Shown here: positions 51,906-64,000 of the stretch, piece by piece | How positions within the stretch are numbered: the stretch's first letter is position 1 | Layout of the letters: each line of letters starts with the position of its first letter | Source of the DNA: Ylistrum balloti | Lineage: Eukaryota | Length of the DNA: 64,000 bases | Reading direction: 5' to 3' | NCBI RefSeq assembly: GCF_031769215.1 | Contig: NW_026782003.1 | Location: 1 to 64,000 of the forward strand | Program-made: the position numbers and the translations under genes | Notes under the pieces: model-generated | Told to the model about the DNA's origin: nothing | The model's database searches: none | Seen by the model: only the letters and a program-made list of their open reading frames with translations

Positions 51906-54900
51906 TCTTTTTCTTGAAGTATAACAAAGATTTCCAATATACAGAGAATTTGAATTGAATACAATTTAGAAACACCTTTCAACAGTTTTGTTACAGATGT
52001 AGGAACTATCCCATCCCATGCTTTGTTCATTGTCAACAACTGAAGTAGATCTTGAAACCATTGAACCAATCGCTATGGCTCACTGAGAAAGAATCTTAAA
52101 TTGTTAATTCATTAAAAATACGTACATGTAATTGTAAATTTATAAAATTTAAACACATCTTTTCAATACCTGGTTTGCACTATGTGGAAGACTGAAAAAG
52201 TGTAGCAGAAATATTTGTAATACCCATATTAACAATGTGGTGAGAGGTACTTCAAATAATTTGTACGTGCTTGGGCCTTATTTGGCTAACAACTGACTCT
52301 CCGAATGTTTTTCATTATGTTGATATAAATGGTCACCGGCTATTGAATGATACTGGCCGTCCATAAATACTGAATTCTGCTTTTAAGTGCGTACATCTCT
52401 ATTCTTATTTCCAACAAATGTGACACTAAAAAATATCTTTTCTTTCTGTTTTTTTTTATAATTTAGTTTTAGTATTCTAGTTTTTTGGCAGTGCATGTTG
52501 ATGTATACAATGTAGTTGTAGATTACTGATTGCTAATTGTGATAGATTTAGCAGTAGTGGTTCTTCCTGTGATATTGACTAATGTGATCAGACCTGTATA
52601 ATCCTGTACTGAACAATTTCTGGTTGTCTGACTCCATAATTTTTCATTATATTATCATAGTGCTTGTTAAATACTTAATTCTATCATTGCATTGCAATAT
52701 AGGAAGCATAAGCCTGTACCCTGTCTTATGATTGCAATGAATCTTCCATTGTCTAATTTTAAATAAAGAGTATTTGTTGATTAAACAGATGTACAAACAA
52801 CATAAACAAGTCTTTAAAGACTGCTGTTTCATTAACAGAAGTCTACTTTCTCTTTAGGAAGCCCACAAACCCGTGTTTGTATAAAGCTTTATAGTGTAAA
52901 GTCTGTCTATCTAATATGTACTTACTATTTTACCTGTTTATACAATACATTCTGTATATGATAGGCATACTACAAGAAATCAAATTGGATTCTGAAACAA
53001 ATGTTGCACACTTGTATAAAATCTGTCTCCCTGTCTATTTTTGAATAACACTCTGTTAAGACAATTACATTTCAGATATTTGAAACCATATTCAACCCAG
53101 TAAATATATTCTGGTATAAAATGTATAATCCTATTATGTTGTTCACTAGTCACATCTGTAACTATACTGTAGTAGCTCATGACGATCAGTGATCTAGTCT
53201 GTAATATGTGATATAACCTCACGGCATGTGGTACACAACTACCTTTTTTTTTACCAGTATTAAATCCATTTTTTTTTCAGATCAATTTTTGTCAACGAAT
53301 TGTATATTATATTCTGATTATACTTTTTAAATTTACAACTGCTTCAAATTTGGACGTTTATTTGATGGTTATTTAAAAGGCATTATCGAAGATAGAACAA
53401 GAATTGTGAAATACTTGGTGATATAATATAACGAAAGTTATGAAACAGTCAATTAGTATAACTATTATCACTATACTGGCTTCTAAATCATAAAAGTTTT
53501 ATAGATCATGCTATTACAACAAACTTTGAACACTAACTGGGAATTCTATGTTGTAATATTAGACTGGTAGTGTTACAGACAATTATAACATACATATATG
53601 TACATTAAGAACTAGATGATTTGAACAAGAGGCAGCTTAAATATTTGGTTAAAATTATTATCATCACCAACTTGATTTTTTTTTTTTTATAAAACGTCAA
53701 CAAAGATGTTTTTACCTTCACATCAGGAAACTATTTTAAAATTAGTTTAAAAATTTCAACTTAATGGTTTTATAGCAGCAACTTTTATTTAAGAAATGTA
53801 CCCTTTATACGTCAAAGTTAATCGTTGTTAAGAGTAGTTTTAGGAATTGGCATCATAAATTTGAAATGTACAAACATGTGTTTTGCATCTGGTGTATACT
53901 TTTAATTGGATGGTCTGTAGATTGGGTATATGTAGTCTGTGTTTGAACTTTTTCTGAGGTATGATACACCTGCATATTTGTGTATATCATATCAAGGTTA
54001 CAGTCCACCATTCAGCTGTCTTAAGTTTAAGTTCAATAATGCATTCAGGTTAAGAAAAAGTTGATGATACATTTTTTTTTGTCACCAAACAATCAATGGA
54101 AGGAAAATTAAGGTTAGCAATGATTTATTGTAAAAGTTTAAATGATATACGAAAATTGTATCAATCAGATATTATACATTGCCATATAAGTGGGGGTTAG
54201 ATCAAAACAAACTTAAAGATTCAGAATGCTTTAATTGTAATTTTTTATCAATGTTGGATTATGATGAATGTTGTATTTTGCTTTAAAAACAGGTTTTTGG
54301 CTTGTTCAATCAGAGTTAAAGAGCTGAAGTGGAGGCAATTAACAAACACTTCTTTAAGTCCTCATAATTTTGGTTTAAACTGAAAATGGTTTGTTTGTAT
54401 TTAGATAAACATCTCCGTAACGACATGCATAAAAATACTCAATATACCCTTGCTCAATTAGATAAAGTTTTTGAAGATTCAATGAAAAAAATATTTGTGA
54501 CCAGATTTGACTTAAGAAGTCCAATTTTATGGTTTTGAAGAAATTTGTTTGATATTGTATGCTATGGGCTTGTCTACGTTTTGTCTAGTAAAATATAACA
54601 GCTGTAAAATGTTTCAGAATGGTACTTAAATGTAATAAGCATTTTGTGAATACCCAAGTCACATTTAAACCTCATACTACTAACTAAAATTTGACACGTT
54701 TTGGATGTATCTGTGGCAGTTAGTAAATACTCTGTATTGAAATGCAAAATGTATGGTATAATGATATACCAGATGAATTATGTTGTTCAAGTTTAGTTTA
54801 AGAACAGTGTACAATTCAATGTGTGTCTGCAGCGTTAATATCTGTATCACTGATATGTTTACTTAGGACACTAACAAAAAATGTTTCTTATTACAAATAT

Positions 54901-56892
54901 AGTCAATTAATGGAGCCAGGGTATATGTCTATTGCTCAACCTAGTTTTCCATAGTTTCCACCACAATCTAAGGACCAATTATCAAAGGCAGAGTTGCGTT
55001 GACAGTTTCTAATTTAACCAAAAATTTCAAATACATTTGTGAAGTGTTTATGTGAAATATGGTGATTAATAACATCTTGAAACATTCAAATAGAAAAGAC
55101 TAAAGCTATATGAAGAAGACTTTTGATGATACTTATAGGACCAAACCATTTACAGTCTAACATGTTTAAAAGACTATGATAATTCAGTAATTGTTGTCTA
55201 ATTAGAAATTAGAAACGACACTGTAGATGTGAGGTATTTGTTGGAGAAATGATACTCATACTAAACAATCATTTTGGCCTGTATTTATCATCTAATTCAC
55301 AGGTACAAGTAATGAATATGATCATAAATTTGATTGTGCTGATTACCGGAGAAATGTTATCTTTAATTCATTTGAGGGTAATATTCACTCATCATTTACT
55401 TTCTTCATATCCAATATGTACAGACAAGTCATTTTTGGATAACATCTTGTTTGTAATGATTTCAATATTTAATTTTAACTGTAAAATTTTTGAGAAAATT
55501 TTAGTCTTCAACACTGAGTTGTTAACCCCATGTAACACATGAAGTTGTATTGTACACTTATTACACATCTCTGCCAATTACATCAACCATATCCTGTTGA
55601 AATCCTGCATAGTTCCAGTTCTCCTTCACAGAACTTGTCCCAGTAACCAGTCATTGGTTTATAAAGACCTTAATCTAGTACCCAGTCCTTCATTCATACA
55701 GACCTTGTCCCAGTAACCAGTCTTTGATATCCTCCAATCAATCGCAGACCATAAATGTTCATTGAGCTCAGAGGTTGTTGTAGTTAGTCCGTAGTCACAA
55801 CCAAATGACCTCCATAAATTGAAAGGTCATCAATGATGATAGTACTCCCAAGTGATTTCACTCTTTAACAGATAATGTTTTTCCTTTAAAGTTGTTGACA
55901 TATCTGTACAATAGTTTGAATCTTATATCCATCTGGGCTAAATGGTGATTTTTTTAAAAAAAAAAAAAGTCATGTATCGTCTACATCCAATTAATGTTAC
56001 AAAAGAACATTCATATATTCCTCACATAAAAGAAAATAATCAACACAATGCGTTTTTGCTCAAACTCAGTCCCTACTATAGTAGCGTCTGGCACATGTTT
56101 ACTGTACTGGAAATGAAGTCCTCTGTATGCTACATGTAATTGTAGTTAGTTGATTACTTTGATCCTTGTCCAGAGTAAGAAAACTGACCAATGGTAAATG
56201 TGTGCCTCACGTTAAAAAAATTTTGATATGGGATATAGTAGGTCTGTCGTAAGATATGTTAATGATTGCTCTGAGTGACAGAAATAACATCAACTTAAAT
56301 TAATATTTTTGCAATAGTTGCATAGATGTGTTCAAAATCTATAAAAAATAATGATACTCTTAAAATTAGACTTGTAATAAGTAAGGCTTCATCTTGTCCT
56401 TTATCCATGGATACCATATCCTGATGCATGTATGTACAAAATGCCTACATACCATCCATATATCCGGTTAAACTAAAGGAGAGCATCACAGATTTGAACT
56501 ATTTCAACAGTGCATTTATTGAAAATTTATTATTATTTTCAAAGTATGCTTGTATGTTAATTACACATTCAGATTTTAAAGTTAAATTGCAGTTGATATG
56601 TTTAGCTATTTAACAAAGTTTATTTTTGTTAATGTTGATGACAGTACTAAAACCATATTAGATATCAGTTATAAATAGTGCATTGTATACAAAATGTGAT
56701 AGCTTTTATCATACCGGTAGCTGAAACTTTTTTTGCTAAAACCCAATACATTCCAAAAGCAACTTGAAATACAAAATTTGGATCCAATCAAAGAAAATTC
56801 AATGTTTTTGCACCTTTATTTTTATTTTTGAAGGTTGCAGAAAAGAAATAACGTTCAGATGTCTGATTGGAATTTCTTAAAGTGCATATGTT

Positions 56893-56990
56893 CTGGTGCA
56901 GCAGGAGCATACATGTAATATGCCACTGGGTGCCAGCAGGGACATTTACGGTGTGTCCCTGGGTGCCAGCAGCGACCTACAGGTCCCTAG
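56893..56990. repeat. Three ~33-bp GC-rich units with a palindromic core and variable inserts
   Basis: CTGG(G)TGC(C)AGCAG at 56893, 56926 and 56959, each followed by a hairpin of different sequence. Confidence 0.6.
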
Positions 56991-59756
56991 GGGCAGTTTT
57001 AAGTATCAGAGTATGAGACTAGAAAATGTGCCAAACATATAGAAGATCAATATTGGTTCAGACATGAGGTTTCTCACTTTATATCAAAATCTTTTTTTTT
57101 ATAATTAGATTTAAAATATGTTTTTAGAGGTACAGTGATATCACTCGTGGTAAACACAACACACTGTGACAGTGAGGAAATGTATAGTTAGGCCTGTACT
57201 TTATGAATTATAACTTTGAAGTACAGGGCTAATTTTATCAAGCTTGATGATTATATCATCTATACAAACAAAGCAATTTTTGTACAAAAAAAAAAAAAGA
57301 TGACATAGTGCTTTTAATACTTGTAGGCAAGCATTTTCTAGGAAATTTTACAAGTTTTATGTAGTGCATTAATTAATGAAGTACGAAACTAAATCCATCC
57401 TTTCTCTCCATCCAATAGAAACTGAATTGTCACTTTAATGTTTATACTTTAAGTTTTCTATGTCATATCAATGTATGCCTGAATCACGGTAGATTTTATG
57501 TAAATATTACCTAATAAATACCCATCTACTGATATAAGCTGAGGTCCAGTGAAAGGTAAGAAAGGAGTATGATCATTGCCTGCTAGCTTGTGTTATGTAT
57601 TTACATGTATTTTCAACATTATTGTATAGTAATGGTTGGAAAATGTAGAATACTTTCAAGGTACTGAAAAACTTTTTTTTTTAATACAAAATTCTGGAGT
57701 GTCCTTCATAATTTTCTCTCTATTTTTTTCAAATTTGGTTTGTCTTTTTATTTTTAAAAATATTCAATAATAGATAATTTCTTGACAGACGTAAAATATT
57801 CAATTGTTCCAGAACAGCTATTTTTCAAAATTTTAATTGAAAGCAATGCTCTATTGGCCGATTCTCTAAGATATAACTTTGAAATTTTATGACAAACAAC
57901 AAACATACATTCCTCCAATCATTAAGAATTGTATGTCACTTTTTTAGTATAGATTGAAAAATGAATTGGAGGTGTTTTAGATTATTCAAAGCTAGAAGAA
58001 TAAACTTTCTCATTTGATATTAGTCATAGTTTAGATGATAGAGGAAGTATCCTTTCCTTGTGAGAATGATTTGAACAGTGTACAGTTGATATCCATGCAT
58101 GTTATAGGTGTACATTTAAAGAAAATTTGATTAAAATGGGTTTTATTTACTAGACAATAAGTGCCAATATATTGTGCTGTGTGGTTAAAATGACTTTCCT
58201 GACTTTTTCTGTCAAGATGTTGTTCATAGCCTATAAAATATTGTACAGTTGGTCTTCTTGACTAAAGTCAGTCATGTACTGGTGTTTACATGTCTTGTAT
58301 ACAATTAAGTCTCATTAATATATCCTTTCTCTGTTGTGCATTTGTTTTTATTATACTATATTTCTTGTTCATCACACATGAGACATTTGATAGATTTCAA
58401 ATCAAGAGGAATGAAGGAGGTTGTTCAATGAAAGAAATCTTAATAAGGTACATAGATAAGTACAGTGTACAAATTTCAGATTTCTTCCTGACCAAGTCAT
58501 TTAATAATGACATTTTATTTGAAGCATTATTTAATGGTCTTTAGAAAATTGATTACCTTTTGAGCTTAATATCTATCAAATATTTTTATTATGTGATGTT
58601 CTTTACAGTGTGCTTTCTTGTTGTAGATTGCTATATGCATTGATACCAAAGTATGACAAATATCCTTCAATTTGATGGTAACACTATATTACAATTAATC
58701 TGAATTTCAATCAAACTGTATTAATGACAAAAAAGTAAAATATTTTTACCTATGTTGATATATATCTGCATTTTTAAGAAATTTTTCAGATGATAATTCA
58801 TGAAAAGTATTGCTTGTGATGTAATTACTGCCATCAAAATTGAAGGGTATTTACCATACCACTGACATAAAAGACACTCTCTGGTACCTAAAGACATTGT
58901 ATCGGTCATACAGGTCCAATAATGTCCAGAATCAAGTTGACAGACTAGACACTTGTATGTAGAACAAAACGCAGCTTAACAGCTGTGTAGTTCATGAGTT
59001 ATAATTGTGAATATTTTAGTAAAAATTGTTGTAAAGCATTTTTAAATTGATATTTCATCAAATGTCAACAATTGCTTAAATTTATACATACATTATGATA
59101 TCTCTTCTCGTTTGACCTATTGAAATGTAGTTTATGTATCAGTGACATACAGGTACCCTATTAGAGTAATTATCACTCCATGTTGCCAAGTTAAAATTCA
59201 TGTACGTGGTAGTCTATGCATGGTGCATTTATCACCACAGGACATGTAGCTGTTATAGAGCATTTATCCAAGAAGCTTCCACTGTTTTTATTCATTTATA
59301 GTCTTTGTAATATAATTTGGATCCTGCAGTGTTATGTACAGAACTTCCTTCCAACATTGCACTGTTGCTTTTTTATGCTCCCGAAAACTTCTCCAGGGAG
59401 TATGTAGTCAGTCGCTCTCTTGTGTCTATCTAGTATCAGTCTGGACCCTGGTGGTACAAACCAGTTAACTGGAAGATGTTTATCTGTACTTTTTAAGCTT
59501 GGTGCAGTTAAATTTCATAATTTAGAAGACCACTTATCTGTTCCACTCTTTGGTATCAGATAACTGTTCTTTTTTATCACCCATTGGCATTTACAAGATT
59601 GCTCATCAAGTCCAGTTTACTATTCATTTGGGATCAGAATTCTACTGAGTCCATACTGATATCTAGAAGAAAGTTTTACAATGCTTATCTTACAACTACT
59701 AGCACTTCAGTTTGTATGTTCTAGATTGCAATATGTGTGTCCAAAAAAGAGTAATT

Positions 59757-60276
59757 AGTCCCCCACCAAGTCTTCTACACTACTGATCGTTGAATCATTA
59801 TACTTGGGATATTGGTCCACCTTGGTGAGATGTCATGTATCGAAAGTACCTGGTAGGTCAGTTTGATGTGCATTTTGACGTTTGATCTACTCTAAAGTAA
59901 AAGTTTATCAGAGCCCTGTCTTCCACACTACTTATCATAAGAGATTTATACTTGTATATGGATTCACCTTGGTGAGAGTGTTTGTGACATGTCACATATA
60001 TGTAACTCTGACCTTATTTGACCTTTGACCTCTATCAAAGAAAATAGTTCGCTGAGCCCTATCTTCAACACTACTAATTATAGTAATTTAATACCTTGGT
60101 GAGACAGTATGTCAGGTGTGAAAAGTAGTCTGATGTACAGTATGTCCTTTGACCTGCATCAATGAAATGAATTCTCCAGGCTCTTTCTCCTACACTACTC
60201 ACCAGTGGAACTTTCTTACTTAGGGCATGGGTTCACTTGCAGTATGTTCTTGGCATATGAATTTTGGTGGGGGACT
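59757..60276. mobile_element. Non-autonomous element with 13-bp perfect inverted termini and ~140-bp internal repeats
   Basis: AGTCCCCCACCAA (59757..59769) and TTGGTGGGGGACT (60264..60276); recurring internal CTTC.ACACTACT...CCTTGGTGAG. Confidence 0.55.
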
Positions 60277-61849
60277 GTTATTTACTGCATTGTCATATTT
60301 TTCAACTTCTTGTACCAGAAATTTACATTTTATCTTCATTATTTAAAAATGCAGAATTAATTTTGAAAATTCAATGGATTCTTAGAAGATATTTCAAAGT
60401 TTTAATGGAATATTTGATGTGCAAAAAATGCCATTCATTAGAAACTATCAGTTTGTAAAGAAAATTCCCAAATGAGGAAGCCTCTATAGTCAGTTTAAAT
60501 AAACAGTTAACAATTAACAGTCCTATCAAGTGAGAAAAGGTTGAATACTATCCTATGCATTTAGTTTTACTTATAAACACATCTGATATATCATTTTTGT
60601 TTATCAATTATTGACAATAGACTATTAGTGTTGCCATATATATATAGAAAGTGTTGTCTGTCTCAGTATTACAGTGGTCCATTGTATCTCATGTTGTGCG
60701 TGATTTGGTGCATATCCTGGCTATCATTTGGTTATTTTCTCTCTTGAACATTTTGATCCAGTTTGCTTTTGTTTTCTGATATTGATCATTCTTATGTGTG
60801 TTCCTATGTACAGATCCATGTAACAAATAAAAAGATGTTGTCACAATTACAAGTTGAATAAAAAAATCTATAAAAATTATATGACGCTTTTGTCTCCAAA
60901 TTTCTTTTATAAATTGATTTAAAATGTAATAATTTAATCAAATTTAAACTTGAAAGTACAGGAAAGGACTTAGAGAGTAACAGCATTACTACAGATTTAA
61001 CCCTATACATGTTTATCATAGATACTAAAAAAAATGCATGGCAACCAGTTAAGTTCACTAAGTAAATATTCAGATTAGTGTTTCCATCAAAAGGATAAGC
61101 ACATATAAGGGTCATAAATGAAAAAGACTTTAATACAAAGAGCTATCATCATGGTACATAGAAAAACTCATCAGTGTACTTTTATGTTACAAAGACAAGT
61201 TCAAGGTAAAGGCATGGACTGTAATGCTGTGAAGAACAGGTATAACTGAAAGTGCAAAACACTTTACATTGTGTTTTGTGAAATGCAACAAAGAAAATTT
61301 CCTACATGTTCATAAACTCCGGGAAAGTTTGTTTTAGCAATGTGAACAAATATCATATTTTCTCTGCTAAGGACTGTTGATGATGCATAAAAGAACTACT
61401 TAATTGGCCAGAATATCTGTCGGAGAATTTCTCAAAAAACAATAAAAAAACATTATGCTTTTATGGATAGATAGTCATATAGAAAAATTTGCACATAAAC
61501 TTACTGAAATAGACAGAATTTCTGTGGTAAACGCCTTTCCATCACAGCAGAATACTTTCACAGTAACAGTATCAAAAGGAAATCCTGGTCCAAACTACTT
61601 AAGTCTATAAATGCTCAACAATATGCCAGCACTATTTTTATGGACTGTGCAATACAAGATTCTGCTGTTTTCTTTTACTGCATGAATAGCTTAACACAGA
61701 AAAAGTAAAGCAAGCACTAAACATATAATTTTGACTTCATCTGCATTGAATTAAAAAAATGTATTTAACTAAAAGCACTGTTCTGATTGGTCAACAAAAA
61801 GTTTACATGTGTATCATCTATAGATAGATAGATTTTATACATTACTGAT

Positions 61850-62445
61850 ACATTGTATCATCAGATTCCTAAGAATTCTCAGTATGTCTTTGAAGTTGTT
61901 GAAACTGACCACAACAAAGGCAAATAACAGTATCAGTTTATTCAAAAAAAATTTGGGACACAATGTTTTAACAAAGGGCAATAATTCTGTAATAAAGGGG
62001 TTGCAGGCCCTGAGTTTAGTATACCACACATTGTCTTAGAATGACCAATGTATATATCAAAATTCATCATCCTTCTTTTTGAAGGCATAGTTTTGCTCCC
62101 TACACAAAATTTTTAAAAAGGGCAATAACTCTGTTATTAGTACACTGCACAATGTTTTTGGATGATCAATGTATACACCCAATTTCATTATCCTAGTTTC
62201 ACTGTAATCAGATTTTAATTTAGACACCAAATTTTTATAAAGAATAATAACTCCATAACTGAGGGGTTGCAGGCTCTGAATTTGGTACACTGGACATCAC
62301 CTTAGTATGACCAATGTGTATGCCAAGTTTCATGATCCTTGGTTAACTCTTGGCAAAGTCATAACCCAGACATGAATGGATGGACCAATGGATGGAAAAA
62401 GGCTGTGACTGTATGCTACCCTCGAAAATTTTTGGGGGTTCTTTA
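61850..62445 (+). mobile_element. Pearl/HINE-like non-autonomous element
   Basis: Internal repeats starting AAGGGCAATAA (about 61974, 62119, 62240), then a GGAT/GGAC microsatellite-like tract and a 3' CCC...GGGG palindrome. Confidence 0.55.
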
Positions 62446-62820
62446 TATTTAGATTAATGAATACATAGTCAGAGCACTTAAAACATTTATGATCACTGAA
62501 ATAGTGATTTACAGGCAAATTTATCGAATAGATAATTCTTAATACAGTGTATTTCACCAGCAAACAGTTAGAAGACATTATAAATAATAATAATTGTAAA
62601 TTGCATCTTAAAATATTTCTGACATTTCAAGAATGCTTTAAATGCATTGTTAAATTTAAGAAACAGAAAAATATTTCATTCCTTGTTAATTGTGTTATTT
62701 CATTCCTAATTAATTGTGTATTAGCTCACAGCATGGATTTTTTAAGACATGTATTACTCAAGTAAGGAAATATTTTTTTTCTTTTCTAAAATATCAAGGA
62801 CTTACAAATATTTATTTATT

Positions 62821-63360
62821 AAGAGGTCCGAAGGGCCTGTATCATTTACCTGTTCTTGGACTTATACTTGATTGAACAAGTGTATTCGGTAACTTTCATT
62901 TTCACATCAAAAATTTGTAGCCCTTCATCTTTGAAAGCAACTGACCAAATATCAAAACTCCAAAGAATAAGCCATATGAACAAAAAGTTATGAATTTGAC
63001 CTCTGTGACTTTGAACATGGTGAAAGTTATTCTTTTGAACAAACTTGGTAGCTATTCATACAAGTAAGCTAAATGTTCAATATCATGACACAGGACCTCG
63101 TGGTTATTGAGAGGAAGATGTTTTAAGATTTTATCATCTTCATCACCTGTGACCTTGAAAGTGAATCAAGGACATTCATCTGAACAAATAAGTAGCTCTT
63201 CATCTCAGTTTACTAGAGGCCTAATATTTTCACCAAGTGCTTTTGCTTCTTGAGAGGAATTTATTCAAATAGGAAAGTTGCCACCAGATAGATTAATGAC
63301 TAACTGACAAGGGCTGCCATGGTATAGGCTCACATGGTCTCAGACAGGTGAACTAAAAAC
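62821..63360 (+). mobile_element. Helentron-type non-autonomous element (HINE)
   Basis: 5' hairpin AGGTCC-GAA-GGGCCT (62824..62838), subterminal inverted repeats TTTACCTG (62845) / CAGGTGAA (63345), and an end at AACTAAAA. Confidence 0.55.
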
Positions 63361-64000
63361 ATTAACCAAAATGACTTCAATGCCCTGAAAATTGATGTTA
63401 CAATAAATGCTTTGAAGTCTGTGTCTTAAAACTGTTTGTACCACATCTTAAGATATACCATGAAAAACAGCAGTGTAAAGTTTAGTACAAGTAAAGTGGA
63501 ACAGAAAGATATCTTAATACTTTAAAGACAATAGCACATCCAAAAATGTTTAAATTAAAGAGCCCGTAATGTAATTGAATACAAATCTTTGAACTTCAGC
63601 AGCAACTCCACTGGTCTGAGTATACAAAGCACCAGTTTAGTCATGTACGTAACAAATGGCTGTTGTGATCCACTCAGGAAGTAGAAAAAGGCCATTTTAC
63701 ACACATGTGTAAATATTTCTATAAACTATAAATAGCTCCAATGAGTTAATAGGTGTATACAAATGACCAGAATACATATATATGTGTTACCGTTGTAGTT
63801 GAAAAATCTGTATACAATCACAATGTTGATCCAAATATGTTTGCCTTATTGAGTATTTTACTTTTATATCCAGCTACCTTTATTGGTAATTAATTTAATT
63901 ATCATTATTGTCTTATATAATAATGTCTAATGAGGTAGATGTTTCACACAATGTGAAGTTAACAAGTCCAAAAACTGTAAGTAGGTCAAAATATTTCAAG

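Noticed and set aside
51300-64000. Short AT-rich ORFs of 60-103 aa
   Set aside because: They show no motifs or consistent splice chains and have a composition typical of non-coding or repeat DNA.

Overview
AT-rich, intron-containing metazoan DNA. The repeat and gene families point to a bivalve mollusc, probably an oyster (inference). Four spliced genes could be rebuilt by hand with consistent splice phases: (1) a laccase/multicopper oxidase on + (5'-truncated, 1..7818) with all four Cu-binding motifs and a GPI-like tail; (2) a 3-exon SMIM20/MITRAC7 (phoenixin precursor-like) gene on - (15098..19891, 87 aa); (3) a 14-exon clan-3 CYP3A-like P450 on - (23527..35956, 518 aa); (4) a 9-coding-exon PP2C/PPM phosphatase on + (41775..51148, 325 aa). 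Features the ORF track does not show include a decayed two-exon laccase paralog (12976..13612), a Penelope-like retroelement relic with an adjacent degenerate hammerhead ribozyme (10826..11600), a mariner 5' end upstream of the CYP, a Polinton-type integrase relic, several Helentron/HINE-like repeats, and one distinct minisatellite in an intron of each gene. No CRISPR array, rRNA or tRNA was found. I see no clear-cut new multi-gene system. The best leads are the hammerhead relic, the non-amidated phoenixin-like peptide, the hidden laccase pseudogene and candidate regulatory features (an overlapping uORF, an in-frame cassette exon and a TE upstream of the CYP). All calls were made by eye with no database search.
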